A stretch of DNA of 64,000 nt from Nitrospirota bacterium (GTDB lineage: Bacteria; Nitrospirota; UBA9217): assembly GCA_963840455.1 (NCBI GenBank), contig CAWIYV010000009.1, forward strand, positions 96,001-160,000, read 5' to 3'. A program made the translations under genes and the position numbers. The notes beneath the pieces are model-generated. The model worked only from the letters and a program-made list of their open reading frames with translations. It was not told the DNA's origin and made no database searches. Positions within the stretch are counted from its first letter, which is position 1, and every line of letters starts with the position of its first letter. Shown piece after piece: positions 62,119 through 64,000 of this stretch.

Positions 62119-64000
62119 ATGATAACCAGGATGTCCAAGGTCGAGATCGTCGGGCCCAAGGACCTGTTGCGGGATGTTGTTGCTCTGCTCCAGCAGCTGA
62201 AGGTGATCCAGATCGATCCCGAAGAGAGCGAGCTTGCGGGTGAGGATGCGGTCGAGGAAAAGGTCCGGCCATTCCTGCATGATGAACGGGAACGCTCCCT
62301 CTTCGAACGGCTGTTCCTGGAGGACCTCCGTCGCAGGATCGATGATCTGTTCGCCAGCCTTCCGAATGTCCCGCTGAGGACGAGCTATATCGAGCCCCAG
62401 GTCATCCTCGATACGATCCTTGTCACGGTCGATAAGCATCTGAGAACGGCCAGGACGCTTACCGAACGTAAACGGAGGATGGAGAGCGAGATCGAAGAAT
62501 GCGTCCGGTTCGCTTCTTTTCTCGGCACCCTTGATTCCCTGTTCAAGCAGCCGCACACCCCGCCCAACCTCGACGTCATCATGCTCACGATCAAGGACCA
62601 GACGGCCGTCGAGCATATTCGCAGCACGATCGCGAAGTTGACGGACGGGAAGTTCAAGCTCTTCACGGTGCCTGCGGGACGCGGCACGCTCGCAGGAATG
62701 ATCACCCTGGAGAAGGACGCTTCCGTAGCGGTAAGCGCAGCGCTCACCCGGGAGCACGTTCCGGAGCTGGCTCTTCCCCCGTCCTTCGAGGCATTGCCGC
62801 TCTCCGGGAAGATAACCTATCTGGAACGGCAGGGTCTGGAGCTTTCCCGGCAGATCGAGGCGGTTGACCGGGAGCTCGGCGACCTGGAACGGCGGTGGGG
62901 CCCGATCTACCGTCGCGTGCGGGAATGGATCGACGAGCGCATCACGCTCCTGACGGCCACCGCATCGATCCTTCAGACAAGGATGTGCTTCTTTATCCGC
63001 GGATGGATGATCTCGGATGACGTCGCCAGGCTCCGGGCGCAGCTCGACGTGTCCTTCGGCATGCAGGTCGTGCTGGAGGAAAAGCATATGCGGGAAAAGG
63101 ACCTCGAGCATGCGCCGGTCGTCCTTTTGAACCGGCCGTACTTCAGGCCCTTTGAGATATTCGGCCGCCTGCTGCCGGTCCCGGCCTACTCGTCCTTCGA
63201 TCCGACGCCGTTCATCGGAATCTTCTTCCCGGTGTTCTTCGGGATGATCCTTGGCGACGCGGGTTACGGCGTGCTCCTTGTCATGCTTGCGCTGTACCTG
63301 CGCCGGCGGTATGCGAAAAAACGGGAGGTGGCGGACGCTTCGCAGGTGCTGCTGGCGTCGTCGCTCTACACCATCATTTTCGGCGTGCTGTACGGCGAGT
63401 TCTTCGGCGACCTCGGGACCACGCTCTTCGGTATGGAGCCGCTCCTGATCGAGCGGAGGACGTCGGTCATCCCCATGATGGTGTTCGCGCTGTCCGCCGG
63501 GGTCGTGCACATCGTGCTGGGTCTGCTGCTCGGCGCCATCACCGCTTTCCGGAGGAAGGTGCGCCGTGAGGGATTCGCCAAGCTTCTCAATATTCTTATC
63601 ATCCTCTGCATGATCGCGGTCTTCGCAACCTTTTTCGGCTATCTCCCGGGGCTCCTGTCGCGACCGATCATCATGGTGATCCTGATCGCGACGCCGTTCC
63701 TGCTGTTCTCCGGCGGCCTTCTGGCGCCGCTCGAGCTCCTCAAGAACATCGGGAACATCATCTCCTATGTCAGGATCATGGCCATCGGCCTGACCTCAGT
63801 GCTGCTCGCCTTTGTGGCCAACCAGATGGCCGGTGCGACCGGGGACATCGTGCTCGGCGTCATGGCGGCCGTGCTGCTCCATCTCCTGAACATCGTCCTC
63901 GGCGTCTTCTCTCCCACCATCCACGCGCTCAGGCTGCACTATGTGGAGTTCTTCAGCAAGTTCATCGAATCCGGCGGCAAGAAGTTCGATCCCATGCACA
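62119..64000 (+). CDS. V/A-type ATP synthase subunit I, running off the window end (not in ORF track)
   Basis: GGAGGAGG RBS; MITRMSKVEIVGPK, DPTPF..FFGMILGDAGYG, SYVRIMAIGL and HALRLHYVEFFSKF. Confidence 0.93.
   Translation, partial: MITRMSKVEIVGPKDLLRDVVALLQQLKVIQIDPEESELAGEDAVEEKVRPFLHDERERSLFERLFLEDLRRRIDDLFASLPNVPLRTSYIEPQVILDTILVTVDKHLRTARTLTERKRRMESEIEECVRFASFLGTLDSLFKQPHTPPNLDVIMLTIKDQTAVEHIRSTIAKLTDGKFKLFTVPAGRGTLAGMITLEKDASVAVSAALTREHVPELALPPSFEALPLSGKITYLERQGLELSRQIEAVDRELGDLERRWGPIYRRVREWIDERITLLTATASILQTRMCFFIRGWMISDDVARLRAQLDVSFGMQVVLEEKHMREKDLEHAPVVLLNRPYFRPFEIFGRLLPVPAYSSFDPTPFIGIFFPVFFGMILGDAGYGVLLVMLALYLRRRYAKKREVADASQVLLASSLYTIIFGVLYGEFFGDLGTTLFGMEPLLIERRTSVIPMMVFALSAGVVHIVLGLLLGAITAFRRKVRREGFAKLLNILIILCMIAVFATFFGYLPGLLSRPIIMVILIATPFLLFSGGLLAPLELLKNIGNIISYVRIMAIGLTSVLLAFVANQMAGATGDIVLGVMAAVLLHLLNIVLGVFSPTIHALRLHYVEFFSKFIESGGKKFDPMH

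Noticed and set aside
61840-63510. 556-aa minus-strand ORF and similar long antisense ORFs (4526-5596, 19518-20693, 44061-45278, 56455-57849)
   Set aside because: Shadow frames opposite clearly identified genes in GC-rich DNA; no recognisable motifs.

Overview
Bacterial genomic window with a GC-rich core and more AT-rich accessory segments. The gene content (rubrerythrin/rubredoxin/PerR, V-type ATPase, MqnP-like UbiA, MCP/CheW) suggests an anaerobe or microaerophile such as a Nitrospirota or Desulfobacterota member (inference only). It holds about 60 CDS: a stress/storage island (1-13.8 kb), a radical SAM/SPASM operon, a MarR-controlled CDGSH/pirin/DoxX cluster, an EmrAB-TolC pump, a DEAD-box helicase, a thioredoxin/PerR/rubrerythrin redox cluster, lipid enzymes, pepN, a chemotaxis module, a cysQ-sat/cysC-chrA-sulfotransferase operon and the start of a V-type ATPase operon. 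Top finding: directly upstream of the radical SAM/SPASM gene is an unannotated 40-codon ORF (17407..17285, minus), MKKTLSAKALAKEAAFWDNLKKSAKDHPGMTCHK-UGA-KG-UGA-KS-stop, with a strong RBS and a SECIS-like hairpin. It is a candidate di-selenocysteine (CxxUxxU) RiPP precursor in an operon with its maturase, YceI and a flavin-disulfide reductase. A second probable selenoprotein (31452..31147) independently suggests the genome decodes Sec. Also present are 8 copies of an IS200/IS605-like palindromic miniature element, a GxxExxY cassette with inverted 9-mer arrays, several gene remnants, and five small insertions in conserved genes that look like sequencing error. No tRNA, rRNA or CRISPR array was seen. 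All family calls come from motif recognition, not database searches.
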